A stretch of DNA of 64,000 nt from an uncultured delta proteobacterium (GCA_963825005.1 CAWGRP010000019.1:239742-303741), one strand, 5' to 3'. Numbered from the stretch's first letter, positions 27,963 through 37,775 are shown. Numbers and translations are program-made. Notes: a model not told the origin generated them from the sequence alone.

Positions 27963-28480
27963 CGCAGCGTCTCCTTATACTGTTGTTTCCAGTCATTGCA
28001 AAGTGCAATGATCTCTTCACTTCCGTAATCCGGGTACGTCCAGGGCAGACCACGATAACTGCCGTTCTCGAACATAAGGGTCAGATCCCCGTATATGCCG
28101 TTCCCCAGATAGAGCCGGTGCGCGAACCCTTTTGTCGTGGCGAGCACGACGTGCTCGGAGGCAATATACCCGGGATCGATGTTTACCGTCCGGTGGCCCT
28201 GACGCGCGTGGCGCATCTCGATATCGTTCGTCCGTAATTTTACCTCAGGAAGCTGCTCGCGCGAAACCAATGATGCAAATAGAAGAAAATAACGGCTCAG
28301 GTTCTTGCCCATCTCTTTCTCGTAGTAGTCTGAATGAAAAAAAGGCTTAGTCACAGTCCTGTCGAGGACCGGGCCCAGGACGTCGCCAAGCTCCTTTTCA
28401 ACGTCGTCCATCTGCGCACTATCGTTGAATATGACGCTCGCAAAACAGAGCACAGAGGGCGGTCTCTTTACAGTTCCCAC
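27947..28480 (-). CDS. DUF4416-like protein
   Basis: 177-aa ORF with FFHSDYYEKEMG..L.RYF..F.. pattern. Its position between tlyA and yicC is common for this family. The call is from memory. Confidence 0.55.
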   Translation of the reverse strand: MGTVKRPPSVLCFASVIFNDSAQMDDVEKELGDVLGPVLDRTVTKPFFHSDYYEKEMGKNLSRYFLLFASLVSREQLPEVKLRTNDIEMRHARQGHRTVNIDPGYIASEHVVLATTKGFAHRLYLGNGIYGDLTLMFENGSYRGLPWTYPDYGSEEIIALCNDWKQQYKETLRCQEA

Positions 28481-29199
28481 AGGATAAAATACTCCCGGTT
28501 CTTTCTCTCTTTGTCTCTGGGCGCTTCCGTCACGCCCACAGGTCGCAGCCCGAGGCCCATACCGAATTCCTTTATATCCTCGATGACGGCCCGGACCCTT
28601 TCCTGATCCTTGACAATGCCGCCTTTTCCGACCTGGTACCGGCCCACCTCAAATTGAGGCTTTACCAGGGTGACGAGCTGCGATCCCTGATGCATAATCG
28701 GCAGCAGGGCAGGCAGAATCTTTTTGAGAGATATGAAAGAGACATCGACCGTGATTATGTCCACAGCCTCGCCGATCTGCTCGGCCGTGAGGTATCTGGC
28801 GTTGACCCCTTCCAGCAGAACAACGCGCGCATCCTTCCTCACCTTCTCGTGGAGCTGATGCGCGCCCACGTCAACCGCAAAGATGCGCTCTGCTCCGTGC
28901 TGCAGCATATAGTCTACGAAGCCGCCGGTTGATGAGCCGACATCAAGCGCTTTTTTCCCTTTGATGTCCAGCTCGAATGCTTCGAAAGCCTTCTTAAGCT
29001 TGCTCCCGCCAAAACTGACGAACGGCAAACCTCCCGACCTTACCTCCAGGTGTGCATCTACATCGATCTGTTGATCGGGCTTGAGAGCTCTCTGCCCCTC
29101 AACGTAGACTACGCCGGCCATCACAAGGATCTTGGCTTTTTCTCTCGATTCAACGAGTGCCTTTTGGGCGAGGAGGACGTCTAGCCTTTGCTTAGCCAA
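28468..29199 (-). CDS. tlyA: TlyA-family rRNA (cytidine-2'-O)-methyltransferase
   Basis: S4-like N-terminus RLDVLLAQKALVESREKAKILVMAGVVYV and the FtsJ SAM motif ALDVGSSTGGFVDYMLQHGA. Confidence 0.85.
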   Translation of the reverse strand: MAKQRLDVLLAQKALVESREKAKILVMAGVVYVEGQRALKPDQQIDVDAHLEVRSGGLPFVSFGGSKLKKAFEAFELDIKGKKALDVGSSTGGFVDYMLQHGAERIFAVDVGAHQLHEKVRKDARVVLLEGVNARYLTAEQIGEAVDIITVDVSFISLKKILPALLPIMHQGSQLVTLVKPQFEVGRYQVGKGGIVKDQERVRAVIEDIKEFGMGLGLRPVGVTEAPRDKERKNREYFILWEL

Positions 29200-31046
29200 A
29201 GCCTGACTGTCTTCTTTATACCTTCTTGATCGAGGCCGAGGAGTTCCCGCAGCGTCTTCTGCGTGCCGTGAGCAAGGAACCTGTCAGGAAGCCCGATTCT
29301 TCGCACCGGGACCTGTATGCCTTCCTCCGACAGGACCTCCATCACGCCGCTGCCGAAACCGCCGATGAGGGTATTTTCCTCGATCGTAAGCACCTTTCCC
29401 GTGTGTGTGGCCAGGTTGATTATGACCTCGCGGTCCATCGGCTTGATAAATCGCGCATTCACCACTGCGCAGCTTATACCTTCTTTTTCGAGGTCGAGAG
29501 CAGCATCAAGCGAGGTATACACGAGGGGGCCGCATGCCATCAGCGTGATGTCCGTGCCTTCTTTCAACACTTCCCACGTGCCGATCGGGATCTCTCTGAA
29601 GTCGGGCTCTATGGGGATGCCGATGCCCTCACCTCGCGGGTAGCGAATGGAGGCGGGTTTTCCGTAACAGGATGCCGAATAGAGCATCTGTTTCAGCTCG
29701 TTCTCATCCTTAGGGCACATGACGACCATGTTCGGGATATGTCGCAGATACGAGAAATCGAAGCTTCCGTTGTGCGTCGGGCCGTCCTGCCCGACCAGGC
29801 CGGCGCGGTCCAGGGCGAAAACAACGGGAAGCTGCTGCAGGCAGACATCTTCAATAACCTGGTCGTACGCGCGCTGCAGGAACGTCGAATAGATGGCGAC
29901 GAACGGCTTCAAGCCCTGGCACGCAAGACCCGCGGCAAACGTCACCCCGTGCTGTTCTGCGATGCCTATATCGTAGAACCGGTCGGGAAAGAGCGTGGAG
30001 AACTTCTCGAGGCCCGTCCCGAGGCACATGGCGGCCGTTACCGCAACCACCTTGCTGTCCGTCTGAGCCAGTTGAATCACCGCATCGCCGAAGGCATCGG
30101 TAAAGGTCGAGCGGCCATTCTGCGTGGCGGCGCCCGTTGCTATGTCAAACTTTGAGACCCCGTGAAAACGGGCGGGATCTGCCTCCGCAGGTGCATACCC
30201 CTTGCCCTTCTTGGTGATGACATGCACCATGCGAGGACCTTTCAGGCGCTTCACATTCTTAAACGTGTCTATCAGGTGGGTAAGATTATGTCCATCGACC
30301 GGGCCGATATACGTGAAACCCAGCTCTTCAAAGAGTATGCCCGGTGTAACCATCCCTTTGATTGATTCCTCCAGTTGGCGGGCGGCTTTGTACACCTTGT
30401 CGCCTATCCCCGGCCACTGTTTAAGCCTGTTCTTGATCTCTTCCCTCAGGTTGCTGACGAACTCACCGGTCATGATACGGTTGAGGTGGGCTGAAAGCGC
30501 TCCGACGTTTTTGGATATGGACATCTCGTTGTCGTTGAGGATCACGATAACATCGGTCTTAAGATGGCCTGCGTGATTGAGCGCCTCGAAAGCCATGCCG
30601 CCTGTGAGAGAGCCGTCTCCGATAACCGCGATAACGCTCTGCGTCTGGCCGAGTTTCCTCGCTGCTTCAGCGAGTCCCACGGCCACGGAGATTGAATTAC
30701 TCGCATGGCCCGTATCGAAGGTATCGTAGCAGCTTTCTTTTCTGCAGGGAAAACCGCTCAATCCGCCGGTCTGTCGGATTGTCCAGAGCTTCTCCTTACG
30801 CTCTGTCAGGATCTTGTGCGTATAGCACTGGTGGCCGACGTCCCACACTATCTGGGAGTTGGGCGTGTCAAATACATGGTGGAGTGCCAGGGTCAATTCG
30901 ACCACGCCAAGATTTGACGAGAGATGACCACCTGTCTTGGAGACGGTCTGGATGATAAGTTCGCGCATCTCATCGGCAAGCGTCTGCATCTCCGCAACGG
31001 TGAGGTTCCGTATATCTTCGGGGTTCTTGATCGTGTCCAGAAGCAT
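29181..31046 (-). CDS. dxs: 1-deoxy-D-xylulose-5-phosphate synthase
   Basis: GGHLSSNLGVVELTLALHHVF..P.D.IVWDVGHQCYTHKILT, the ThDP motif GDGSLTGGMAFEALN, and the xseB-ispA-dxs gene order. Confidence 0.95.
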   Translation of the reverse strand: MLLDTIKNPEDIRNLTVAEMQTLADEMRELIIQTVSKTGGHLSSNLGVVELTLALHHVFDTPNSQIVWDVGHQCYTHKILTERKEKLWTIRQTGGLSGFPCRKESCYDTFDTGHASNSISVAVGLAEAARKLGQTQSVIAVIGDGSLTGGMAFEALNHAGHLKTDVIVILNDNEMSISKNVGALSAHLNRIMTGEFVSNLREEIKNRLKQWPGIGDKVYKAARQLEESIKGMVTPGILFEELGFTYIGPVDGHNLTHLIDTFKNVKRLKGPRMVHVITKKGKGYAPAEADPARFHGVSKFDIATGAATQNGRSTFTDAFGDAVIQLAQTDSKVVAVTAAMCLGTGLEKFSTLFPDRFYDIGIAEQHGVTFAAGLACQGLKPFVAIYSTFLQRAYDQVIEDVCLQQLPVVFALDRAGLVGQDGPTHNGSFDFSYLRHIPNMVVMCPKDENELKQMLYSASCYGKPASIRYPRGEGIGIPIEPDFREIPIGTWEVLKEGTDITLMACGPLVYTSLDAALDLEKEGISCAVVNARFIKPMDREVIINLATHTGKVLTIEENTLIGGFGSGVMEVLSEEGIQVPVRRIGLPDRFLAHGTQKTLRELLGLDQEGIKKTVRLWLSKG

Positions 31047-31930
31047 CAGGAGGACCTCTTGCCCACGAACACGGCGAGCCCGGTGAGTACCTCGCCCGCA
31101 GAACCAAGAAAAGCCAGGGCCTGTACGGCTTCGCTGACCAGTTCGTTTAACCGCTCTCTTGATTGCGCGCTGCCGTAATGTTTTATGTAGGTTTGCTTGC
31201 CGATATCTTTTCTCAATTTTTTGCCGACCAGCTTCTCATCGCCTTCAGCATCGAGAAGGTCGTCTCCGACCTGGAATGCCAACCCGAGCGATTCTCCGTA
31301 TCTCGTGAACTGCTCCAATTCCGCGGCGCTGGCGTTGCCGGCTAGAGCCCCGACGCGCACCGACGCCCGGATCAACGCAGCCGTCTTGTTCCGGTGTATA
31401 TAGTCAAGAATTGTCTTGGTCCCTTCTTTTCCGTCGTAGAGCACATCTACTACCTGTCCGGCGATCATTCCTTCTGCGCCCGCTGCCAGGGCTATTTCAT
31501 GAATCATCTGTCCGGCAACGTCCGGTGGAGTATGCGCATTGAAGCGGTGATCCGTCATCACCCGGAAGGCTTCAGTCAGCAGCGCGTCTCCTGCAAGCAG
31601 TGCGGTTGCCTCCCCGTAAACCTTATGGCACGTGGGTTTCCCACGGCGCAGATCGTCATCATCCATACAGGGAAGATCATCGTGGATAAGTGAATACGTA
31701 TGAATCATCTCCAGGGCACAGGCAAAAGGAAGCACGCTCGCTGCATCGCCCCGTTTCGCTTCACACGCGGCAAGCGCCAGTATAGGCCTGATCCTCTTGC
31801 CCTCCGCGAAGAGACTGTGCTCCATTGCCTGTTTGAGAACGTCGGGAATCGTGGTAAAGGACGCAAAGATCGCATGGAGAAAATCCTCGACCACGAGCCG
31901 CTTTTCGTTAAGAAAGGTACGGGCGTCCAT
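31046..31930 (-). CDS. ispA: (2E,6E)-farnesyl diphosphate synthase / polyprenyl synthetase
   Basis: FARM motif LIHDDLPCMDDDDLRRGKPT and SARM motif FQVGDDLLD. Confidence 0.9.
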   Translation of the reverse strand: MDARTFLNEKRLVVEDFLHAIFASFTTIPDVLKQAMEHSLFAEGKRIRPILALAACEAKRGDAASVLPFACALEMIHTYSLIHDDLPCMDDDDLRRGKPTCHKVYGEATALLAGDALLTEAFRVMTDHRFNAHTPPDVAGQMIHEIALAAGAEGMIAGQVVDVLYDGKEGTKTILDYIHRNKTAALIRASVRVGALAGNASAAELEQFTRYGESLGLAFQVGDDLLDAEGDEKLVGKKLRKDIGKQTYIKHYGSAQSRERLNELVSEAVQALAFLGSAGEVLTGLAVFVGKRSS

Positions 31931-32190
31931 TACGACTCTTCCTGCGGGAAAGGCTTTTTCTCGACGGAACCATCCTCTTTTTTTATGAGGATCTCCACTT
32001 TTTTCTCAATCTCGTCCAGTCTTTTGGAGAGGTCCTTGGTGAGAAGAAGACCTTCTTTGAAAAGATCCAATGCGGCGTCCAGAGACACCTGGCCTTCGTC
32101 GAGAATACCTACAATCTCTTCCAGCCTCTTTAATCCCTCTTCGAATTTCACGCAGCTATTATTATATAGATTGCAGGGTACGTTTTGCAA
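31930..32190 (-). CDS. xseB: Exodeoxyribonuclease VII small subunit
   Basis: ..FEEGLKRLEEIVGILDEGQVSLDAALDLFKEGLLL.. The start is probably GTG 32151 rather than ATG 32190. Confidence 0.8.
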   Translation of the reverse strand: MQNVPCNLYNNSCVKFEEGLKRLEEIVGILDEGQVSLDAALDLFKEGLLLTKDLSKRLDEIEKKVEILIKKEDGSVEKKPFPQEES

Positions 32191-32245
32191 GGGCTACTCC
32201 ACTTTTACTGTTGCCATACCTGTTGCGGGTGTGTAGAATTAACAT

Positions 32246-32632
32246 ATGCTGGAGATCACGTTAAAAACCGCGAGCCGCATCGAGGCCAGGGATATAACCG
32301 ATGAAGTGGCCCGGGCCGTGAAGGATAAGGAGGGGGCACTGGTTTATGTTTTCACCCCCCATACGACATGCGGGCTCCTGATCAACGAAAATGCAGATCC
32401 TGCGGTGATGAGCGATATCATGGACGGTCTGAACAGGCTTGTGCCGCGAAATCACCCCTATAAGCATGCGGAGGGAAATGCCGACGCCCACATCAAGTCT
32501 TCTTTGATGGGACACTCTGTGCTTGTGCCGTTTGCGGCCGGGAAGCTGGTGCTGGGCACGTGGCAGGGTATTTTTCTCATGGAATTTGACGGGCCGAGAG
32601 ACCGCAAAGTGCAGATCGCGGTGCTGCACTAG
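32246..32632 (+). CDS. YjbQ/UPF0047-family protein (secondary thiamine-phosphate synthase-like)
   Basis: ..VFTPHTTCGLLINENADPAV..D........HAEGNADAHIKSSLMGHS. Confidence 0.8.
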   Translation: MLEITLKTASRIEARDITDEVARAVKDKEGALVYVFTPHTTCGLLINENADPAVMSDIMDGLNRLVPRNHPYKHAEGNADAHIKSSLMGHSVLVPFAAGKLVLGTWQGIFLMEFDGPRDRKVQIAVLH

Positions 32633-32651
32633 GCGTAGAAAGGACAGAATC

Positions 32652-32914
32652 TCATCGCAGATTTACGCAGATGAATAAAAGAGATATTCGCAGAGTGCGC
32701 AGCCTCCTGTAAGGGTGACCAAGCTTGTGTCCAGCATTGTGATACAGCGTCAATGCTGTCCATCCACCCGCAAGCGGGTACCCGAGCGCTCCGCGCAGGG
32801 GTGTCACCTCACCGGAGGTGCTGCAGGTTGACCGGCTGTGCCGCCCTATCGCACAGGCGGTCAAGAATGAATCATCCGCAGTTATCAGAGCCTTTATCCG
32901 CTCTTATCTGCGAT
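32652..32914. repeat. Family-4 MITE-like repeat, long copy 2
   Basis: Termini TCATCGCAGATttacGCAGATGAAT / GCCTTTATCCGCTCTTATCTGCGAT. The interior is collinear with 23725-23963 (..CACCGGAGGTGCTG..GTTGACCGGCTGTG..CACAGGCGGTCAAGAA..). Confidence 0.8.
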
Positions 32915-32992
32915 AAAATGCTCTGTCTTAATGAACTGGACGGTGAAAAGGTTCAAAAAGTTTGACAACCTATAAGAAATAAGGAGATCAAT

Positions 32993-33448
32993 ATGAAGAA
33001 ATTCGTCGCCGGGCTTGCCCTGGCAACGTTACTGGTTCTGCTCGGCACCGCTGCTTTTCCTGCGAAGGATGATGTGACACAGCCGAAGGAGTACGGCGTC
33101 TACATCAAGGGCCCGAAAGGGCTCAAAAGATTGCTGCCGAATATTGTCTTCGACGAGAAGGGTGTGCTTTATGTAGAGAGTAACAACCCTCAGAGGTTTC
33201 CGCTCGCCGAGATAGAGCAGTTCATTATATACGGAAAATACGACACAAAATACCTTACGCTGAACCCTATGCTTTTTGTGAGCGAAACAGCCCTGCACAA
33301 GTCACGCTTTCTTTTCGGCAAAGAGATCCAACTGGAAGTGACCAAAAAAAGCGATGTTCTTTCTGGAGTCAAGCCGAAGGGCCTCCTTGGAAGAGGCTAC
33401 TACAGCCTCTGGATTAATGACTCCGCATGGGATTTTGTAGTTGAGTAA
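32993..33448 (+). CDS. Hypothetical exported protein
   Basis: Signal peptide MKKFVAGLALATLLVLLGTAAFPA. GGAG lies 8 nt upstream of the start. No family recognised. Confidence 0.6.
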   Translation: MKKFVAGLALATLLVLLGTAAFPAKDDVTQPKEYGVYIKGPKGLKRLLPNIVFDEKGVLYVESNNPQRFPLAEIEQFIIYGKYDTKYLTLNPMLFVSETALHKSRFLFGKEIQLEVTKKSDVLSGVKPKGLLGRGYYSLWINDSAWDFVVE

Positions 33449-33504
33449 TAGATAGTTCTCGCCGTCTTACATTGCTACGTCCACACGCGCTGCATACGAA
33501 CTTC

Positions 33505-33556
33505 TTGACAACCGATTACGGGCTTCACTATACTGGACATATGGTATACCGTATAC
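33505..33556 (+). promoter_or_regulatory. Sigma70-like promoter TTGACA-N18-TATACT (33505-33534), followed by the palindromic element GGTATACCGTATAC (33543-33556)
   Basis: Near-consensus hexamers about 110 nt upstream of meaB. GGTATACC and GTATAC palindromes lie directly downstream of the -10. Confidence 0.4.
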
Positions 33557-33642
33557 AATATATCGCCCACGAAAGATGTTTGTGAAAGCCTGAAGTCCTT
33601 TGAGCCTTCCGCAAGGGGTTCATAGGGACAAAAAAAGCGGGA

Positions 33643-34608
33643 GTGGCGCCCTTGAATGTTGGTGGACTCGCACAAAAAGTAATGGAGGGCGATGAAAAGA
33701 GCGCTGCCCGTCTCATCTCGCTCATCGAAAATGGAAAACCGGAAGGCTACGCCGAACTGTCACTGCTCCTTCCGCACACAGGCAAAGCCCACGTCATAGG
33801 CGTCACGGGTCCGCCGGGAGCGGGCAAGAGCACGATAACGGGCCGGCTCGCCGTCTCTTTGTCGGATAAGGGCAAGAAGGTAGGCGTCGTAGCGGTCGAC
33901 CCCACAAGCGTGCGAGGCGGCGCACTTCTTGCCGACAGGCTTCGGATGAAAGATGCTGAAAAAAAGTCCATCTTCATCCGTTCCATGGCGCACAGGGGCC
34001 ACCCCGGCGGCATTGCGCGAGCAGCCGCAGGCGCGGCCTATGTGCTCGAAGGCCTCGGAAAAGAGGTCATCATCATAGAAAGTCTGGGGGCGGGGCAGAC
34101 GGAGAAGGATCTCTTCCACCTGTGCGATACCGTGATTATTCTCTTCACTCCCGATTATGGCGATGAGATCCAATTGCTGAAGGCAGGACTCATGGAGATA
34201 GGCGATATACTGGTTGTCAACAAAGGGGATCGCCCGGGAGCCATGGAAGCAGAACAAGAGTTGGCGAGGTGTTCTTCCTGCCGGACGGGGACTGATGACT
34301 GGGTTGCTCCGATAGTGATGACGCGGGCTGACAAGGGCGGGGGTATTGCCGAACTCACAGAAGCGATTAACCGGCACTGGCTCTTCATTTTGGCGGATGG
34401 AAGAAGGGCAAAAAGGAAGGAAACAAGAACTTCGGCTTTGCTTATGGGTCTCCTGAAAGAAGAGGTGTGGAAGCGCTTTGCGGCTGGAATCGGTCATAAT
34501 AAAGAGTGTACCCGCATTGCTGAAGACGCCGGCCACGGGAAGATAGACCCCTATAGTGCGGTTGAAAAGATACTGGAACAAACGGCGTTCGGAAGCGGCG
34601 GCTGGTAG
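33643..34608 (+). CDS. meaB: Methylmalonyl-CoA-mutase-associated G3E GTPase (MeaB/ArgK)
   Basis: P-loop GVTGPPGAGKST and NKxD VVNKGD. The N-terminus ..AARLISLIENG is typical. The true start may be ATG at about 33682. Confidence 0.85.
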   Translation: MAPLNVGGLAQKVMEGDEKSAARLISLIENGKPEGYAELSLLLPHTGKAHVIGVTGPPGAGKSTITGRLAVSLSDKGKKVGVVAVDPTSVRGGALLADRLRMKDAEKKSIFIRSMAHRGHPGGIARAAAGAAYVLEGLGKEVIIIESLGAGQTEKDLFHLCDTVIILFTPDYGDEIQLLKAGLMEIGDILVVNKGDRPGAMEAEQELARCSSCRTGTDDWVAPIVMTRADKGGGIAELTEAINRHWLFILADGRRAKRKETRTSALLMGLLKEEVWKRFAAGIGHNKECTRIAEDAGHGKIDPYSAVEKILEQTAFGSGGW

Positions 34609-34625
34609 GGGATGGGGATAGCGGG

Positions 34626-35786
34626 ATGGATTTTAGATTAAGAGAGGATCAGCAGTTTTTTAAAGATCAATTCTCGGAGGCACTCCAGAGATTGGCGCTC
34701 CCTCAGGCGGAAACGCTGGACAGGGATGATATATTCCCTACCGCCCTGTTTGAGGAGTTGGGGCGGTTAGGCTACTACGGCATCAGGTACCCAGTCGAGA
34801 TCGGCGGTATGGGAGCCGATTGTGTCACGTTCACGCTTCTCGCTGAAGAGCTTGCAAAGATCTCGATAGGTCTTGCTGCAATCGTGACTATGCAGTGTCT
34901 GATGGGGACTGATTTTATCCATCGTTTCGGCACGAAGGAACAAAAAGAACGCTGCCTGATACCTGCCATCAAAGGGCAGAGGATCGGGACCATCGCATTT
35001 ACGGAACCCGATTGCGGCTCAGACCTGGGCAGCATCAAAACCCGCGCTGTCAAAATCGGCGAGGAGTATGTCATTACCGGCAGGAAGCTTTGGATTACCA
35101 ACGGCAAGGTTGCCGACTTTGTCACGGTGGCCGCGACCACGGACCCTGCAAAACGGATTGACGGCCTCGGTTTCTTTCTGGTGGAGAAGGGAACGCCTGG
35201 ATTTTCGGTAGGCCAGAAAATCAATAAAATCTCGGCGCGAGGAGCGAGCACGTCCGAGCTTATTTTTGAGGAGTGCCGTGTGCCGAAAGAGAATCTTCTC
35301 GGGCAGGAGGGAAAAGGCGCCCAACAGCTTGACTCCATATTGAGCGAGATCCGGACGATGATCGCAGGACTCGGTTTGGGATTAGCGAAAAGTGCTTTCG
35401 CTGCGGGTCTCAGGTATGCAACCGAACGCGAGGCATTCGGTCGAACCATCGGGAATTTTCAACTCATCCAGGAAAAGATTGCTGAAATGGAGATGCGCAT
35501 CAAGGCATCCGAATTCCTTACCTACTACGCAGCCTGGTTGAAGGATACGGGCGTGGCAACCGGCAAAGAGGCTGCGATGGCCAAGCTTTATGCCACTGAG
35601 TCGGCCTGCTTTGTTGCGGACGAGGTCACGCGCATCCATGGCGCATACGGGCTGGCGGAAGAATACCCGGCGCAGAGATTTTTCCGGGACGCACGCTTTC
35701 TGCTTTTCGGCGGCGGCACATCTGAAATTTTGAAGACGATTATCGCAAAGGATACGCTCAGGAAACCTGAGCAGTACTACAAATAG
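34626..35786 (+). CDS. Acyl-CoA dehydrogenase
   Basis: ACAD blocks AFTEPDCGSDLGSIKTRA, ITGRKLWITNG, and C-terminal ..RDARFLLFGGGTSEILK. Confidence 0.9.
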   Translation: MDFRLREDQQFFKDQFSEALQRLALPQAETLDRDDIFPTALFEELGRLGYYGIRYPVEIGGMGADCVTFTLLAEELAKISIGLAAIVTMQCLMGTDFIHRFGTKEQKERCLIPAIKGQRIGTIAFTEPDCGSDLGSIKTRAVKIGEEYVITGRKLWITNGKVADFVTVAATTDPAKRIDGLGFFLVEKGTPGFSVGQKINKISARGASTSELIFEECRVPKENLLGQEGKGAQQLDSILSEIRTMIAGLGLGLAKSAFAAGLRYATEREAFGRTIGNFQLIQEKIAEMEMRIKASEFLTYYAAWLKDTGVATGKEAAMAKLYATESACFVADEVTRIHGAYGLAEEYPAQRFFRDARFLLFGGGTSEILKTIIAKDTLRKPEQYYK

Positions 35787-35797
35787 AGGAGGGGTTG

Positions 35798-36946
35798 ATG
35801 GATTTTGCCTTGACTGAGGAACAGGAATTTTTCAAAAAGATGATTACCGACACCATCGACCGCATGGTCATACCGAAGGCGCGCGAGATCGATGAGAAGG
35901 ATGAATTTCCCTGGGAATTATGGCGCGAGTTCGGCAAGCTCGGGTACCTGGGGCTGCGCTATCCTGAAGAGATAGGTGGCATGAATGCCGACCCTGTGAC
36001 CGCCATGATCTTTTATGAGCAGATAGCGAGAGGCTCGGTCGGTTTTGCGCAAAGCGTCATCATGAACATACTCATGGGTACCTATTTTATCTTTCGCTTT
36101 GGCTCTGATGAGATAAAGAAGCGCTGCCTGTACCCTGCGATGAAGGGTGAGAAGGTCGCTACCATGTGTTTCACGGAAGACCAATCGGGATCCGATTTAT
36201 CCGCGACAAAGACCACAGCGGTTAAGGACGGCAAGGAATGGGTCTTAAACGGAACGAAGATGTGGATAACAAACGGCCCGCTTGCTGACATGGCTACCGT
36301 GCTTGCCACGACCGATCCCAAGCTGGGCAACAAGGGGCTCAATTTCTTCCTCGTTGAAAAGGGGACGCCGGGTTTTTCGCCGGGGCAGATTCTCGATAAA
36401 CTTGGCTGCCGCGGAACGGTGACCGGAGAGCTGGTGCTCGATAATGTGCGGCTTCCCGAGGAGAATCTTCTGGGTACTGAGATAAACAGGGGCATTGATT
36501 ACCTGGGTGAGATCCTGGACGAAGTGAGGGTAATGACCGGAGCCATGGCCATGGGCATCGCGCAGGCGGCATTCGATGAGGGCCTGGAATATGCCAAGAA
36601 ACGCGTAGCTTTCGGGAAGCCGATCGGCAGCTATCAGCTCATCAGGGCGAAATTTGCCGACATGGCTACCGAGATGGAGGCGAGCCGTCTCATGGTTTAT
36701 TACGCGGCGTGGAGAATTAAAGAAAAGCTGTCCAGCCGCAAGGAATCAGCCATGGCGAAGATGTTTGCTACCGAGACATGCCTGAAGGTGGTTGACGAGG
36801 TCACGCGGATCTGGGGAGCAAATGGCTTTGCCCGTGAATATGATCCGCAGCGCCATTTCAGGGACGCGCGCTTTCTGCTTTACGGCGGCGGCACGCACGA
36901 AATAATAAAAGATTTTCTGGGCAGGCTGATAATCGGAAAGATGTGA
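35798..36946 (+). CDS. Acyl-CoA dehydrogenase (second paralog)
   Basis: CFTEDQSGSDLSATKTTA, LNGTKMWITNG and RDARFLLYGGGTHEII. ATG 35798 follows GAGGAGGGG. The ORF track starts at TTG 35795. Confidence 0.9.
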   Translation: MDFALTEEQEFFKKMITDTIDRMVIPKAREIDEKDEFPWELWREFGKLGYLGLRYPEEIGGMNADPVTAMIFYEQIARGSVGFAQSVIMNILMGTYFIFRFGSDEIKKRCLYPAMKGEKVATMCFTEDQSGSDLSATKTTAVKDGKEWVLNGTKMWITNGPLADMATVLATTDPKLGNKGLNFFLVEKGTPGFSPGQILDKLGCRGTVTGELVLDNVRLPEENLLGTEINRGIDYLGEILDEVRVMTGAMAMGIAQAAFDEGLEYAKKRVAFGKPIGSYQLIRAKFADMATEMEASRLMVYYAAWRIKEKLSSRKESAMAKMFATETCLKVVDEVTRIWGANGFAREYDPQRHFRDARFLLYGGGTHEIIKDFLGRLIIGKM

Positions 36947-36960
36947 AGGGGTAACAATTT

Positions 36961-37052
36961 ATGCAGATGAAAGCTGATAAGAGCCAAGAGAGATGTTCGC
37001 AGATGCGTATGATCGTTCATCAAGGCTTTTATCCGCTCTTATCGGCGATGAA
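36961..37052. repeat. Family-4 repeat, short (termini-only) copy
   Basis: GCAGATGAAAGCTGATAAGAGCC...GGCTTTTATCCGCTCTTATCGGCGATGA. It creates the spurious N-terminal extension of ORF 36961..37509. Confidence 0.7.
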
Positions 37053-37104
37053 AAGCAGTGTCTTGCGAAAAGGGTTTGACACTGAAGCGAGGAGGGAGGA
37101 GATT

Positions 37105-37509
37105 TTGGAAAATCAAAGGGAAATAAAAATAATGGTTGCCAAACCTGGACTCGACGGCCACGACAGGGGCGCCAAAGTAGTGGCCCACGCGCTCAAGGAA
37201 GCCGGCCTGGAAGTGATCTATACAGGACTTCATAAGACGGTCGATCAGATTGTGAGAATCGCCATCCAGGAGGACGTGGACATTATCGGACTTTCGATCA
37301 TGAGCGGCGCGCACATTCCGATTGTCGAAAAGCTGATGAAGAAAGTGGAGCAGGAAGGGATACAGGACAAGATGGTAATCGTGGGAGGCGTGATCCCGAA
37401 TAAAGATATTGCCCGGCTCAAGGAGCTCGGCGTCTCCGGTGTCTTTCCCGGCGGCACGCCCTTTTCGGAAATCGTGACGTTCATAAAGGAACAGGTGAAA
37501 CCGGCGTAG
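37105..37509 (+). CDS. Acyl-CoA mutase small subunit (cobalamin-binding domain)
   Basis: B12-binding DxHxxG motif in VAKPGLDGHDRGAKVVA. TTG 37105 follows GGAGGGAGGA (37091-37100); ATG 37132 is an alternative start. Confidence 0.85.
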   Translation: MENQREIKIMVAKPGLDGHDRGAKVVAHALKEAGLEVIYTGLHKTVDQIVRIAIQEDVDIIGLSIMSGAHIPIVEKLMKKVEQEGIQDKMVIVGGVIPNKDIARLKELGVSGVFPGGTPFSEIVTFIKEQVKPA

Positions 37510-37548
37510 AAGAGCGGCCAAAAGGTCTTGTGACAAGCAAAGGACGAT

Positions 37549-37775
37549 TTCACCACAGAGGCACAGAGGTCACAGAGAAGTGCTCCACGGAGAACCGAAA
37601 TTATTCGTGTCCGAAACAGTGGAGATTCTGTTCCGGACACACACCGACGCTCCGCGTAGGTGTGGAAGGCATCTCGCCTCCCGCAGGGATGCGAGTGACC
37701 GGATATGGTCGTCTCCCCATATCCGGTCGAAACTACTTAGGGCTTCCTCTGTGTACTCTGTGCCTCCGTGGTGAA
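37549..37775 (+). repeat. Family-2 repeat, copy 1 (about 227 nt)
   Basis: Terminal inverted repeats CACCACAGAGGCACAGAG / CTCTGTGCCTCCGTGGTG and four internal hairpins. Collinear with 41261-41488. Confidence 0.85.
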
